Of a stretch of 64,000 nucleotides of DNA, positions 1-41,273 are shown in pieces (within the stretch, counting starts at the first letter, position 1; each line of letters begins with the position of its first letter). The notes under the pieces are model-generated. The model saw only the letters and a program-made list of their open reading frames with translations, was not told the DNA's origin and did no database searches. The DNA lies in NCBI GenBank assembly GCA_013239625.1, contig MU056737.1, positions 265,846-329,845 on the forward strand, given 5' to 3'. The position numbers were made by a program, and so were the translations under genes. This DNA comes from Lama guanicoe (taxonomy: Eukaryota).

Positions 1-145
1 CTTGCTCGTAATTCTTGGGGTGGTGTCATACCCATCTTGATGATAAGGAAACTGAGATATGGAGATGTAAAGGGATCTGCCCACAGTGGCACGCCTCCTA
101 AGGACAGAGGCAGGACTTGAACCCAGGAAGTCTGGTCTCAGCCTG
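1..145. mobile_element. MIR SINE relic
   Basis: MIR-like core: cccatcttgatgataaggaaactgag...ggacttgaacccagg. Confidence 0.65.
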
Positions 146-227
146 TGTTCTGGGCTGGCATGTGCTGCTTCACCATGAAAAAGACAAGACTTTTAAAAAT
201 ACAGGAGAAAACTAAAAGAATATTGTC

Positions 228-1015
228 TAATAAACTACAAGGTCAGACTATATAGTACAGGGAACAATATTCAATGCCTTATAATAACTTATATTGAAAA
301 AGAATATGAAAAGGAATATATATATACATATATAGGTGAATCACTATGCTGCACACCAGAAACTAACACAAGATTGTAAATCGACTATACTTCTATCACA
401 GGGAAGAGTTCTTCGTCAGCTAAAAAAAAATGAATTTTTAGTGAGAGACAGAAAGCGTGATATAAACAGATTTTATTAGTAAAGTAAAAAGGTAGTGAAA
501 TGTAATACACCCCCGAGAACTGGGGCCCCGCCAACCCAAGAGAGGAAAGATGGCACCGCGCCTTTGTTTTTCCTGTTCTTATAGCCTGGCTTAGGGGGCG
601 TCTTCATGATTGATTGATTGAATGATTGACAGCTTACGTTCCTTGAGTGCTCAGGCTGACTGACAGCTCTAGTTCCTTGTGCTCTGGCCCGCCCACCCCT
701 TTTGTGCCTGTTTTTACCCATGAGGCACACAGAGAAACCTACAGGAGGGGGCTCAAACTGCAATGTTAATTACATTATAATGAGCATTGGGTCAAGTGAA
801 GCCAGGTCCTTCTGCCTACTGCACAGCCACAGCATTTGATTCTAGCCAGCTTCTTTGCTGCCCTTTATTTAGACAAAGTAAAAAAAATTTGAAGCCCCTT
901 ATCCTGAGCACAGGCATACTGTTATTTTCTGGGTTGTTCCCTCCCCCTTCCTCTCCCCTTGCCCGGTGCTCATTTCTAACTGCCTAACGCTTCAATTAAA
1001 TTTTTTTTTAAAAAG
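228..1015 (+). mobile_element. L1 3' end (cetartiodactyl type), split by an LTR insertion
   Basis: ...tatagtacagggaacaatattcaa...tgtaaatcgactatacttc (to 393) resumes as cttcaattaaa...aaaaa at 990. Confidence 0.75.
394..989 (-). mobile_element. Solo ERV1-like LTR with 4-bp TSD (CTTC)
   Basis: CTTC at 390-393 and 990-993; minus strand begins CGTTAGGCAGTTAGAAAT (degenerate TG start), with TATA-like (~580) and AATAAA (~475) in LTR order. Confidence 0.7.
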
Positions 1016-1229
1016 AAGAACATTGTCTGATCTTGGGATAAGAGGGATCCTTTTAAGCCAGACAGGAAACCCAGAATTTATAGAAAGACTGATAGATTTT
1101 TTTCCCCTGAGTCTTTTATTTTGAATAATGACCACCTTGAAAGATTCCGAGTTAACATTTACCCCATTTACTTTCCCTCTGTCTCTCACACACACACCTT
1201 TTTTTTTTGGTAGCGATGATGGTCAGTAG

Positions 1230-2860
1230 TTGTAGATATGATGGCTCCCTCCCCCATCCCTGCACCAGGCATTTCACAGGCATTTCGTATGAACAGGCAT
1301 GTTCCTGCTATGTAACGTAATACCAGTGTCACACCTGAGAAAATGCGCGAGAATTCTCAAACATTATTGAATAGTTAGTCTATAACAAAGTTTCCTCAGT
1401 TCCCCCCACCCCTGTGTCTTATATAACCTTTTTGTTTTTTCTAAATCAGCATGGGATCAGGATGCACAGGATCCATCGCGATGAGGATCCATTGCGATGC
1501 TTTTCCCCATCACACAGACTCTTGCAGAGTCTGGGAGAAATTTCTTGTAGAAGGTCATGCTCTGATTCGGTGCTGCGGCTGCTTGGCATTATTTAACTTG
1601 TTCCTCTATCCCCCTGACTGCCCGTGACCTGAAGTGAAGTCCAAGGGCTTGATGAGACCCAAGTTAAACCCTTTTGACAGGAATACCTCCTACTGTGTTG
1701 CATCAGGCCCTGCTGTTAGTGGTGTTAAGGAGATCACGATCATCTCCTAAATCCTGAAGGTCCATTTCCTCCATCTTTGTGATTCATAAGTAATCTTTGG
1801 GGTGAGACTTCCACACCTTGGAAATAAACTGCTCCTAGCAACTTTCGCTCAGTGGTTTTCAGTACATCAGTGATCTTGCCTGAATCTCTTCTGTTGGGGT
1901 TGCCAGGTGATGATTTTGTCATCAGGACATCCCTTCTGCAAGTCTCAGCTGGTATTCTGTCAAGAAGAGCCCCCTCACTCTTTTTTTAGTGTCACTCTTA
2001 GCTCACGGATTTTTGTTGTTATTATTGTTCAGATGTTACAATCAATTACAAAATTAACAGATTTAATTACATTTTTGGAGAATAGAGTTGGAGAATTTGC
2101 TTGCCATGTACATATGCCAGATAAATGGTTAAGAAGCCTGTTATCCAAAGAGTTCCTCTAAATTGTTAAGAAAAACTTTTTAAAACCGCAAAGACACTGT
2201 ATAGCACAGGGAAGTATACACAAAATGTTATGATAACTCACAGAGAAAAAAATTTGACAATGAGTGTGTATATGTCCATGAATGACTGAAAAATTGTGCT
2301 GAACACTGGAATTTGACACAACATTGTAAAATGATTATAAATCAATAAAAAATGTTAAAAAAAAAAACCCAAAGACAGGTGGGCAAAGGATAGGACCAGA
2401 CAGACATTCAGAGAAGAGGAAATGCAACTTGTCGATGACCGTGAAAAGATGCTTCTCCTCCCAAGTAATCAGGGAAATGCGAGAAGAGCAAGGTACTGGG
2501 TTCCCTCCATTCTGTAGCAGGAAGTGAAATGATAACAGTGTGTGATGCTGGTGAGTGGCGGCATGGGCGTTCTCATACATTGCTGGTGAGGGGATGGAGG
2601 GAAGAACTGCCGCCTCCTATTTGGAAAAGTAGTCAGGCATTATCCATAGACATGAGAAATTCATATTTTTCTTTGAACTCAGCTGCCCTACTTTGGGGCA
2701 TATATCCTATGGAGAGAAAACACATAGGTACACAGGTGTTGATTACAGCTTTGATGGTAGAGGTTTAAAAAAAAAAGGCAACCCGAGTGCCCCTCTGTAG
2801 GGGAATGGCTGGGTGATGGATGGAACATATGTCTGCGAAATACTGTGAAGCTGTAAGCGT
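1230..2860. mobile_element. Old L1 (L1M-type) fragments
   Basis: Degenerate L1 3'UTR and ORF2-end-like sequence (e.g. gtaatcagggaaatgc, catacattgctggtgagg, tatatcctatggag). Confidence 0.55.
2197..2367 (+). mobile_element. Young 5'-truncated L1 3' end with poly(A) and TSD
   Basis: ctgtatagcacaggg...tcaataaaaaatgtt(A)n, flanked by aaaaccgcaaagaca (2182-2196) and aaaacccaaagaca (2364-2377). Confidence 0.8.
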
Positions 2861-3073
2861 AAGCAAGGCCTGGACCCCTGGACCGGGGATGGCTGCAGGG
2901 AATTCCACAAGCAGCTGTTCTTGCTGCCCAGGCTGGGTGCTGCGGTGAAATGTTAGAGGCTGAGTCCTCTTGAGGTGGTGGGGGGAGTGGACACTCATTC
3001 TGGAAGCTTCCACGTGAAGGAGGAACAGAGGACCAAGAGCAGCCTCCTGAGCATGTTGTAAATGTGCATTTAT

Positions 3074-3389
3074 TTATTTATATTATTAAAAAAATTTTTT
3101 ATTGAGGTATAGTCAGTTTAATGTTGTGTCAATTTCTGGTGTACAGCACAATTCTTTCAGTCATACATGAATATATATTTTCATATTTTCACAAGCTACT
3201 ACAAGATATTGAATATATTTCCCTGTGCTATACAGTATAAACTTGTTTATTTATTTTATATATACCAGTCAGTACCTGTAAATCTCAAACTCCGCGTTTA
3301 TCCCTTCCCACCCCGCTCCCCCCTGGCAACCACAAGTCTGTATTCTATGTCTGTGAGTCTGTTTCTGTTTTACATACAAGTTCATTTGT
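3074..3389 (-). mobile_element. 5'-truncated L1 3' end, antisense, with TSD
   Basis: T-rich tail, then attgaggtatagtcagttta...ccctgtgctatacagta...; TSD-like taaatgtgc(a/t)tttat at 3059-3073 and 3390-3404. Confidence 0.75.
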
Positions 3390-3983
3390 TAAATGTGCTT
3401 TTATGCCCCAAAATAAAAGTATGCAAAGACGGGCAAAGGGTGCATTTATCATACTAGTCACAGCTCACTTTCTTCTTTTGTGTCCCACCCAGAGCTGGAG
3501 TGAAAAAGCTGTCGTGAGCCCCCGTCAGGCTGTGTGGTGACCCAGAGAGGCTGCAGGTGTTCAGTCTTGAGTGGGGGGTGCCTTTAGGGGGCAAGGGTTT
3601 AGCCAGGAGGAAAACTTGTTTATTTATTTTATATATACCAGTCAGTACCTGTAAATCTCAAACTCCGCGTTTATCCCTTCCCACCCCGCTCCCCCCTGGC
3701 AACCACAAGTCTGTATTCTATGTCTGTGAGTCTGTTTCTGTTTTACATACAAGTTCATTTGTTAAATGTGCTTTTATGCCCCAAAATAAAAGTATGCAAA
3801 GACGGGCAAAGGGTGCATTTATCATACTAGTCACAGCTCACTTTCTTCTTTTGTGTCCCACCCAGAGCTGGAGTGAAAAAGCTGTCGTGAGCCCCCGTCA
3901 GGCTGTGTGGTGACCCAGAGAGGCTGCAGGTGTTCAGTCTTGAGTGGGGGGTGCCTTTAGGGGGCAAGGGTTTAGCCAGGAGG
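3239..3983 (+). repeat. Perfect tandem duplication, period 373 bp
   Basis: 3239-3610 is repeated at 3612-3983 with no difference visible by eye. Confidence 0.95.
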
Positions 3984-4249
3984 GCACAAAGCCACCCGGT
4001 TTTCTGGCAATCCAATTCTTTCCTCACTCAGCCCTCATCCCCAGGTAGAACATCTTCTGTTTCTTCTGTTTCAGTTTCTGTTTACAAAACTAGTGCACCC
4101 TCTACAAACATTATAGGAAACAGGGTGAACTATGCATTTTGCAGAAAAATAGAAAGAGGCAGAAAAGAAATCACCGAGAGTCCTAACCATCTCAGCCACT
4201 GTCCTCATTTTGATACGTTCCCTTTTCCCTGCATTTTTACTTAGGTCCA

Positions 4250-4910
4250 TGTTATGTACAATTTTGTGTCTTTTGAAAAAAAAAGAGATCATTAAATGTT
4301 GCTGCCATGCTAAGTAAACAAGTCTCTGCAGATGTTATTTTAAATGGCTGCGTGATGTCCCGCCATCTGGAGACACACCCGGTCACTTACTCCCTTGTTT
4401 CTGTGTTCGTGGACACTCTGGTTGCTTTCAGTTTTGGGGAAGTGCTGGACTTCCTTGGGCGTAAATCTTTGTGTTCACATCAGATGGTCTCTGTAGGAGT
4501 GCCTGTGGCTTTCGTACAAAGAAAGGGCTCTCTCCCCCGTGGCGCACATGGCTGAGCTGCTTGGGGCGGGGGTGGCACACACATCCTTGCTAGCACGGGT
4601 CATCATGGACACAGAAGTCACGTTAGGGCTCTGGTAGGTGAGAAGTGGAACTTCATTTTTAATTTCTATTTCTTTGTGTCCCAAATGAGAGTGATTTCTG
4701 AGTGAACTGGCCATTTGTACTTTCTTTACTTGTATTAATATTTTATTTTTTTAAGTGACGTCTGTGTGCTTTGTATGTATTAGGGATATTAACCCATTAG
4801 CATGGCCAGATTTTTTTCCAGGTGTTGATTTAACTTTAGTTGTATTTCTCTTAGGCTTTTTATATTTTTTTTAATCGTTCAGAACTTTATTTTTATGTAG
4901 TGAATCTATT
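4250..4910 (-). mobile_element. Old L1 relic, antisense
   Basis: Degenerate T-rich L1-like sequence (tttaaatggctg, cttcatttttaatttctatttct, tattagggatattaaccca). Confidence 0.5.
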
Positions 4911-6394
4911 GATCTCTCTCAGTCCTTTAAATCCAAGGAGACTTGTTGAAAATTATGTCCTGCCTCCTCCTTTCCCATAGCCCAGCACAGCTCCACACAG
5001 ACTCCGTGGCTGGTGGGTGCCCCTGGCTGCCCTGGCCTCGAGCCCCTCTGTGTGGTTGGGGCAGGGGCTGATGCCTGAGGTCCCAGGCCTTAGGGAGGAG
5101 ATGTATGGAGTGAGGCAGGTGCTCAGAGGAGCACAGGTAAAGTGCTGGGAGGGGAAGGTGAGGAGACCTGCCCGTGTGGGGTCTCCCAGCGTGGATGGGC
5201 GTGGATGGGCATTTGCAAAGATGGTTTGTAGGGACCCCCTCTGCCTCTGCCCTGTGTGTTGTCCCAGCTGCATATTTGCTGCTGACAGACCAGGGACCTT
5301 TGCTGTCTGGGGAGGGTCCTGCCAGGGGCCTCTGGTAGCCCTGCAGCTCTGCACCTAGCTTTGAGCTCCACACTCTTCTCTTCTTGCTGCCCTGTGGGGA
5401 GGCCACGGTTCACCTGGCCCAGCAGCCTCTAGAGCTCCCTCTGAGGTGTCTTACCATGGGTCCCCACGCAATCACCAGGGTTCCCTGATGTGATGACGTA
5501 GCTCTGGGGCCCAAGCCTGGGCGCTGACGAGCTGGTGGGGCAGTGAGTCATCAGGCTGAAGATTGATGCGAGTAAAATTAAGAGGAAAGCCTGTAACCCA
5601 ACTGCCGGACACTCTGAGGCTCTAATTGTCACTCCCAGTTACTCTGTGATGCTGGAAGACTGATGGGGCTGGGAACGCTTGGTTGGTGTTTAACAGAAAA
5701 CCATGAACCTGCTGTCTAGTTGGGGGAGGGTAGCCCTATGCCCCAGGGAGCTCAGCTGGCTGTCCCTGCCCCAGGACCTGCGTGTAGCCCGGGCAGCGCT
5801 TGGGCACTTACCCCCGGGGCGTGGGCAGAGGCTGGCCGTGGAGTCCCTGCAGGGCAGGTGGGGAGGGCATGTCTTGCAGTAGGAAATTTGTCATGTGTTG
5901 TGGGCAATCTGAAGGGCCCGGGAAGATGGTGGTCACCCAGGGGAGGGAAGGGCCTTCACTTCAGGAGGGTGGTCTGACCTGCAGGCTTGGCCCCTCTCTG
6001 CTCTGTCCACAGGATGTGAATGGGAGGTGTGCCCAGGGCCTGCCAGCTCTTGAGAGCTCCACTTTTGCCTGTGGAGGTTGCTTCTCCTTTCTAAATACCA
6101 TCTGTGCTGGGAAGGGTAGTTCTTGAACCTGTACCAGCCCCTCACACTGATCTAGGGCTGGGAGAGTGGGAGTCGGGGTCAGGACTTTGGAAGATGGGTG
6201 AGGAGGAGCCTTGTGGGTCTTTTGGAAAGGAAGTTCCTCTGCTGGGTGGGGGGCAAGACTGGGCCACCCTGCTGTGGGCACCAGGGCAGGAGGAAAGGAA
6301 GATAGAGGTGGGGGCTGCCTGCAAGATGAACTCCTGTGTCAGCAGGAATCTCACCAGGTTGGGGGGCCCCAGGGCTGGGGGCCAGACAGATGGC

Positions 6395-6540
6395 CTGGGT
6401 TGAGTGCCAGCTGCAGCCACCTGCCAGCTGTGACCTTGGGCAAGTTACTTGGCCCTGCACCTCAGATTCCTCATCTGTAAAATGGGGAGATTGACAGTAC
6501 CTTTCTCAGAGGGGTGTGAGGTGCTCAGTGGAGCCCATCA
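6395..6540. mobile_element. MIR SINE
   Basis: gctgtgaccttgggcaagttactt...cctcagattcctcatctgtaaaatgggg core. Confidence 0.8.
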
Positions 6541-7764
6541 TTTTCAATATGTGGTCGTTATTGGGTGACCAGTGGCGTTCCCTGTGGCCCGTCTTGGGTG
6601 TTCAGGGCACCAAAGTGGCTCTGTTGTTCAAGGGGCTGGCCGGAGGCTGTCTCTGAGCTGTAGGGGCAGGTGTCCGTGTCCTTCATGTGCCTGGTTAGAT
6701 TAGCATCTATAGCAGACACAAGATGAGCTGGGGATGATGAGAGGAAGCCAGAAGGTCCGGGAGGGCTTGGGGTGGCAGCCGGCATGAGCTGCGTGTTGAC
6801 TGATGACTCCTGCTGGGCTGGGCTGGTGGAGGCAGGTGGCTTCCACATCCAGGCCGTACTGGTGTCAACCTGGGCCTGGCCCAATGGGAGGCCTATGGCT
6901 TCCTTTGATGGGGAGCCTATCTTGAGGCCTCCTGAGGTCTGGGCATGTGTGTTGGATGCTGGGGGCAACGGACAGCTTTGGCCTTGGCTGGGGGTGGGGG
7001 GCAGAGCCCTGTCTCAGCATAGACCCCAGTCCCTGGCGGCTCCCGCCATGCTTTCAGTATCTGTAATGGCAATTCAGATGCTTTTAAATTTTTATCCATT
7101 AGAGTTTCAAACAACCTGAGTCACTTTTTGAATAGTGTTCATTGACCCTCAGTGGCCCTTTCCTCGAGGTCCTGAACTTACTGTACTGGAGTCCCGCGTG
7201 GGGCGCCGCTGGCAGCAGCCGCTTGGTGTCTGTAGCTCCTCCACCTTGGAGCAAACATGGTGCAGTTATTTGAATACTGTGTTGCATCTTCCCTTTATTA
7301 AGATAGTTCACATTTGTGAAAATAAGATGAAAGCAAACCCTCATTAGAGTGTTGATACTGCTGATAAGGAAAGAAGAGCCACCAGCTGAATGTATTTTAG
7401 GAGCCCATGGGATTGGAGGAAGCGGATTTTTAGCTCATGGAACTTTAGAGTTTGTGGACAGGAAGAAAAGCGAAGAAACTACTACTGAGTAGCTAGTTTG
7501 GTGCTAAAAGGGCCATTTCCAGGCTGGGATGACTCTGAGCCCCACAGAGGGTGGTCTTTGATCCTCTCAGTTTTTCCATGGAGGGGAGGAGAACGCAGCC
7601 ACGGTGGGAAGCATCTGTCACCTGAACTTGGGAGGTGGGAGCAGAATTCCCAGCTCTTCTGAGCAGCCCTGGGAGGGTCCTGGAGGGGGCGGCGCACTTC
7701 TGTGTGGTCACCCCGCTGGGCCCCAGAAGCCCACCCCATGAGTCTGTAGCTTTTGTATGTTTTT

Positions 7765-8055
7765 TAGGTCCCTCTGAAGGCGCTGGGGAGGATCTGTTCT
7801 CAGTGTCTCTCCTCAGTTTGTAGATGGCCGTCATTTCCGTGTGTCTCCCTCTGTGCGTGACTGTCTCTGTCCAAACTTCCCTCTTTTATAAGGACAGCAG
7901 TCATATGGGAATGGGGGCCCACCCTATCCAGGGTGACTTCATCTTAGCTAATTACATTTGCAACCACTCCATTTCCAAATAAGGTCACATTCTAAGGTAC
8001 TGGGGGTTAGGACTTCAAAATAGGAATCTGGGGGAACCCAGTTTAGCCCATAACA
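7765..8055. mobile_element. MaLR (MLT1-type) LTR fragment
   Basis: cttttataaggacagcagtcat...ttccaaataaggtcacattctaaggtactgggggttaggacttcaa...cccataaca terminus. Confidence 0.8.
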
Positions 8056-8289
8056 GCTTTCATCAGATTTTCAGAGAAAGGTGTGATCCAAAAGGGCCTC
8101 CGGGATCTCTGACGGCTGCTGCTTCGGCCTCTTGGAGAAGAGATGGAGGACTGTAATCCACAGGGCTGAGCTGACTTGGAACCACCGAGGTGTCCAGCTA
8201 GACTTCCGATTTGAAGAAAACTGGTGCTGGGCTAAGTCATCCCTGTGTCCAGTGTGGCTCTCTCCTGCCTTGTAGTAACGGCTCCTTTT

Positions 8290-8480
8290 ATTAATCACCT
8301 GCTGTGTACCAGGCACCATGTTAGACCCTCCACAATCACATCTCTGGTCTTCATAGCAACCAACAGAAAAGGTGGGATTATCCCTAGTTCAGACTAAAAC
8401 CTGAGACCCGGTGAGGTTAAGGCGACTTGACTGGCACACAGATGCCAGAGGCTGAATTTGAACCCAGTTCTCCAGAGCAT
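8290..8480. mobile_element. MIR SINE
   Basis: tgtgtaccaggcacc...aaacctgagacccggtgaggttaag...atttgaacccag. Confidence 0.6.
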
Positions 8481-10295
8481 GTGTCTTGGCAGTGCACAAC
8501 CCCCCCCCCCGATGCCTCTCGACTGGGGGTCTGATTTTGGCTGTGATTTATCTTGACAGACTGTCCCAGCCGGGGACTATCTCTCATAAGCCTGCCTCCC
8601 TCCCCACAAGGGGAGCAAAAGCTGGAGCGTGCAGCTCATGCTCAGCAAAGATGTTCGTTCATTCACAGAATTATCACACACCTCCTGGGTGCCTGGCTGA
8701 GTTCTAGCAGGGGAGCATTAAACATACCAGGAGAATATTCGAGAGGGATGCGTGTTAGATGAATATTGTGACAGCTGTGCCTAGAGTGGTCTGGGTTGAT
8801 GACTCTGGAAACCCATAAAGAGGCCTGTCCCAGCGTATCGGTGTGAGCGGTGGGTTGCTGGGGAGGCAGCCTGGTGTCTCCATGGACTCCCTGATCCCCA
8901 ACCTGGAGGGCTCTGCAGAGAGGACCGAGCTTGCTAGAGACCAGCTGGCCTTGGGCACCTCGGGGTGTGGCACTCACCACCTCCCTCCACGCACTGGTCG
9001 AGGGCCTTGGCTAACCCGCGTGGCCACCTGCCTTGGGCCACTGCTGAGGTCCCCACTGCCTTCCTCGCCAAACAGCTGGCGGCCCCTTGGCTGCATGAAG
9101 ATGTTTTGCTGCCACCTTGTGGGCAAGAAGATCCCGACCAGTGTGGGAGGGCCATGTGGCTCTGGGACCACTCCAGCCACTGGAAGAAGCTGCAAACTCT
9201 GACTTTGAGCAGAAAGCTAGCCCTTCCTGGTCTCTGAGAAGGACATCCACAGGCTCTCTGTGGCTGCGTGGCCTCAGCTGGGCACGCCTCCACACTTATC
9301 AGTGGGCCACCCAGCAAATATTTGAGCAGAGACTAGGTACGAGGTTCTGTGGGATTCCTGGGACGGAGGCCGCCCTTCCACTTCCTCCCACCAGTGCGCT
9401 ATTTCTGTGCAGCGCCTCACAGGTCACCCCCTCACAGGGGTCTTTCTCTTTTTCTCCAGCCACACCGAGTCTAGCACTGCATCCCCGCCACCCCTTGGCC
9501 ACGGTTGCACACACAGGGCCTTCTTCTCTCAGGTCTCAGTAGCTGGTCCAGCTCACCTGGCTGTGGGTCCGTCTAAAGTCGGCTCTTCTGATCTGCCCGC
9601 GCTCAGAGCAGAAGGGGCTGCTCAGTACTCAGCCCCTGTGCACCCAGCCTCGAGGAAAGCGTGAACACCCTCACCCAGAATGCACACTGGGCATCCTGAG
9701 AGGTTGCAACTTTAATTCCTCTAGGAACTTCCATGGAGTCTCAGCCCTGCACAACTGATTCAGCCTGCTGTTTCTGATGACATTAAGAAACAGAGAACTG
9801 ACACAAGGGCTAGTTTTATGGAATTTCTGTACAGTTTATGTGATCCCAGCCTGAAGCTTTGAAGGACTGTCTTCATTTCCTTTGGGCTGTGAGGAGTGAG
9901 CTGTTTGCCACATCTCTGTGGGGTAAATCTTATCAGACAGAACACAGAGACCTTGTCCCTGACCTGGGGCTGATGCCAACAAGGAAGAGTGGTTTCTGCC
10001 TGCACTGATCTCCTCTCTGGGGTCTTTGACTGGCTTGATGTCCTGGGACATCCATGTGTAGGCAGATGCCCTTTTGTGTCTCATTTCCGCAAGTCAGGAA
10101 AGGCTTCCAAGAAGAAGGAGGCGGTCAGATGAGGAGGAGGAAGCCATTCCAGGTTTGGGGATTGACCTGGGCTGAGCATTTTGCCTGGACTGATTCTGCA
10201 GGTGCAGTGGGAGCCAGGAGCTGGTGTGTCCTCTGAGAATGAAGGTGTTCTTTCACCTCCTGCACTAGGCACTGCTGCCTGCCTTCCTGGAGCGA

Positions 10296-10326
10296 GCGCG
10301 CGCGCGTGTGTGTGTGTGTGTGTGTA
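10296..10326. repeat. (GC)n(GT)n alternating purine-pyrimidine microsatellite
   Basis: gcgcgcgcgcgtgtgtgtgtgtgtgtgtgta. Confidence 0.9.
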
Positions 10327-12176
10327 AGTGGGGACCTTTTCCTCTCCTGTCCCATCCTGCTCCTCTCCCCCTGAGGTAGCCAGTTGGGTTCTAAAGCAGC
10401 CCATTCTCTGTTGGGCACCTTGTCCCTTGTCCCTCCTCTGTCCCCACACATCTCTGATAGCTGCTGTCCTGTGGTTGCATTTTCATTAGCTGGGAGGGAA
10501 GGTTTGGAATGAGCAGCTTGACTCTTCAGGGGAGGGGGTGTGAGGGAGGGCAGACAGACAGATATGAAGATAGGGAAGTTGAGTGTGGGAGACTTAAACT
10601 TGAGAATGTGAGTCAGGAGTCCTGGGTTGCATTCTTGTCTCCACGCCTGAAGGACCCTGGGAAAGGCTTTTCTGCAGAACCATCTATTATATGGGAAATA
10701 CACATCCCGGAGAGGAGGAAGCCATCCTCATCACTGTTAATAACTAGTCCCAAGAAAATTCAAAGTCACCCCCGGGGCCTCTCCAGGCCCAGGAGATCCA
10801 GCCCGGGACTTGGGAGTTTCCAGCCCTGCGTTCCGTGGGAACACCTAGGATGGAGAGGCCCTGCCTTCCTCAGGCATTCCCCCACCCCAGTCCCCTCAGG
10901 AATGTGCCGCTTTTATCTTGTACTTTGCTTCTGACCAGGACCGTGGAATTCTACAGCTGAGAGGGACAGGGACACTGGAGTTGGGTTGGACTGCGGGTGG
11001 AAACCTGGGAGTGTTACATCTTTAGAGGAAATGCAAGCCCCCTCTTCCTCACCACTACCTAAACTGGTTTCTCCTGATCTGCGTGTAGTCCTTGTGGATT
11101 ATGGTAAATTGGCTGGGCTCCAGGGCCTCGGGAGAGGACTGATGTTTAAAATGCAGTGGAGAGCACAGCACAGCAAACACCCACCCCCCTGTCCCCGTCC
11201 TGGGGTGAGCCCTGCATTTAATGAGTGGTGCAGCCCACACTCGTGAAATTCAAAGGCCTTGGAATGATCATCAGGCCAACCAATACAGCAGTCTGAAGCT
11301 TCACCTCTGGCCAGCCGACCTCTGGACGCCTCTGGACAGGAGGTGAGAACCAGTGTGCTGGAGGAGACTGGAGACTTCAGGGACTCAGAAGTGAGTCACT
11401 CGACCAGAACTGTACGGTTCAGGTCCAGAAGCTATCTTTTGATTTTCTGCTGCCCTGGGGCAGGACAACACTTAACCTAGTCCGGATGATTTTATAATCT
11501 CCAGAGAAGAAGACAGCCTTGGTCATTAACAGAAGAGTTGAGTGAAACATCCAGCGCTTCGGATTTGCAAGTTTATCGACCCCAGAATGTCTGAGCCAAA
11601 AGCTAAGACAGGATCGCCTCATTCAGGCTTCCTGTTTTACAGATAAGGAGACTGAGGCCCAGAATCAGCACATGACTTGCCTCCTGACTCATGGTTTAGG
11701 CTTTTTTTTTTTCCCACTGATTTCGACCCTGGTGGATCCCCTTCTGGTTCTTCCCTGGAGAAAGCTATGGCCCGCTTCTCCAAATGGAGCCCAGTATGTG
11801 GTGTGTTGAGAACTGTTATTTATTTCGCCTGCTCTTAATGACAGCTCTTCACCTACCTGCCCCAACCGAGGAGGAGCCCTGGGCTGGAATTTCCTGTTTT
11901 CTGAGGGCTCGGGGGCTGCCCCAGCAGGCTGGCTCCCCTGCCGCCGCCGTTCCTGGGTGTTCCAGGCCAGGCTTGCCGCCTCTCTCGGTGCTGGGCTGGC
12001 TCCCGGCCTCTCCAGGTCTGGGCTTGCCGGCTGCGAGGTGGAGGCGTTGAGGGACTCGGTTGGCCGACACCAGGTGCCCAGAGGCCGGAGGTCCGTGCGC
12101 TCCGGCCGCGGCCCGGGCCCGGGCCCAGCCCCGCACCCCTCGCCATGGGCCTGGCCCTCGCCCGCGGGCCCTGAGC

Positions 12177-40823
<28,647 letters not shown>

Positions 40824-41267
40824 GGCCCAGGAAGAGGGCATGGGGGCCAGAAGGACTGCAGGGCCGGGGGCCCCACCTTCCCACGGGCACTGGGGGAAAC
40901 AGACACAGAGACTGAGAAGCAGGGATGTGGAGGACAGGAAGAGTCAGAAGAGCTCCACAGGAGGGACTGAGAGGTCAGAGGCAATGCCTGGGATTTGCGC
41001 TGCAGCAGAGGGATCGGAGGTGCTTGGCCCCCTGTCCTCCGGTGCCGCAGAAGAGGGACAGGACCCTTTGGAGGTACTGTGAGGAGAGGGGAGCAGGACC
41101 TCGCCCTCCTCCAGAGTCCTACCTTCTAGTGCCAGCCCCTGCAGGCCTTCGCCTAAAGCGGAGCCTGGGGTGGGGCAGAGGTCGGGGGGTGACCTGCGAG
41201 TCCCATGTAAATGTGTACATTGGAATATTTATGTTTGTGTACATACTTGGTGTGTGTGTGATGAGCC

Positions 41268-41273
41268 AATAAA
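41268..41273 (+). terminator. AGAP3 polyadenylation signal AATAAA
   Basis: AATAAA ~445 nt after the stop, preceded by three TGTA motifs and followed by GT/T-rich sequence. Confidence 0.85.

Noticed and set aside
3167-3913. Duplicated ORFs of 96-118 aa
   Set aside because: Derived from an antisense L1 tail and the tandem duplication; non-coding.
1-12100. Canonical AGAP3 exon 1
   Set aside because: No matching coding exon or CpG island is visible; it presumably lies upstream of the window.
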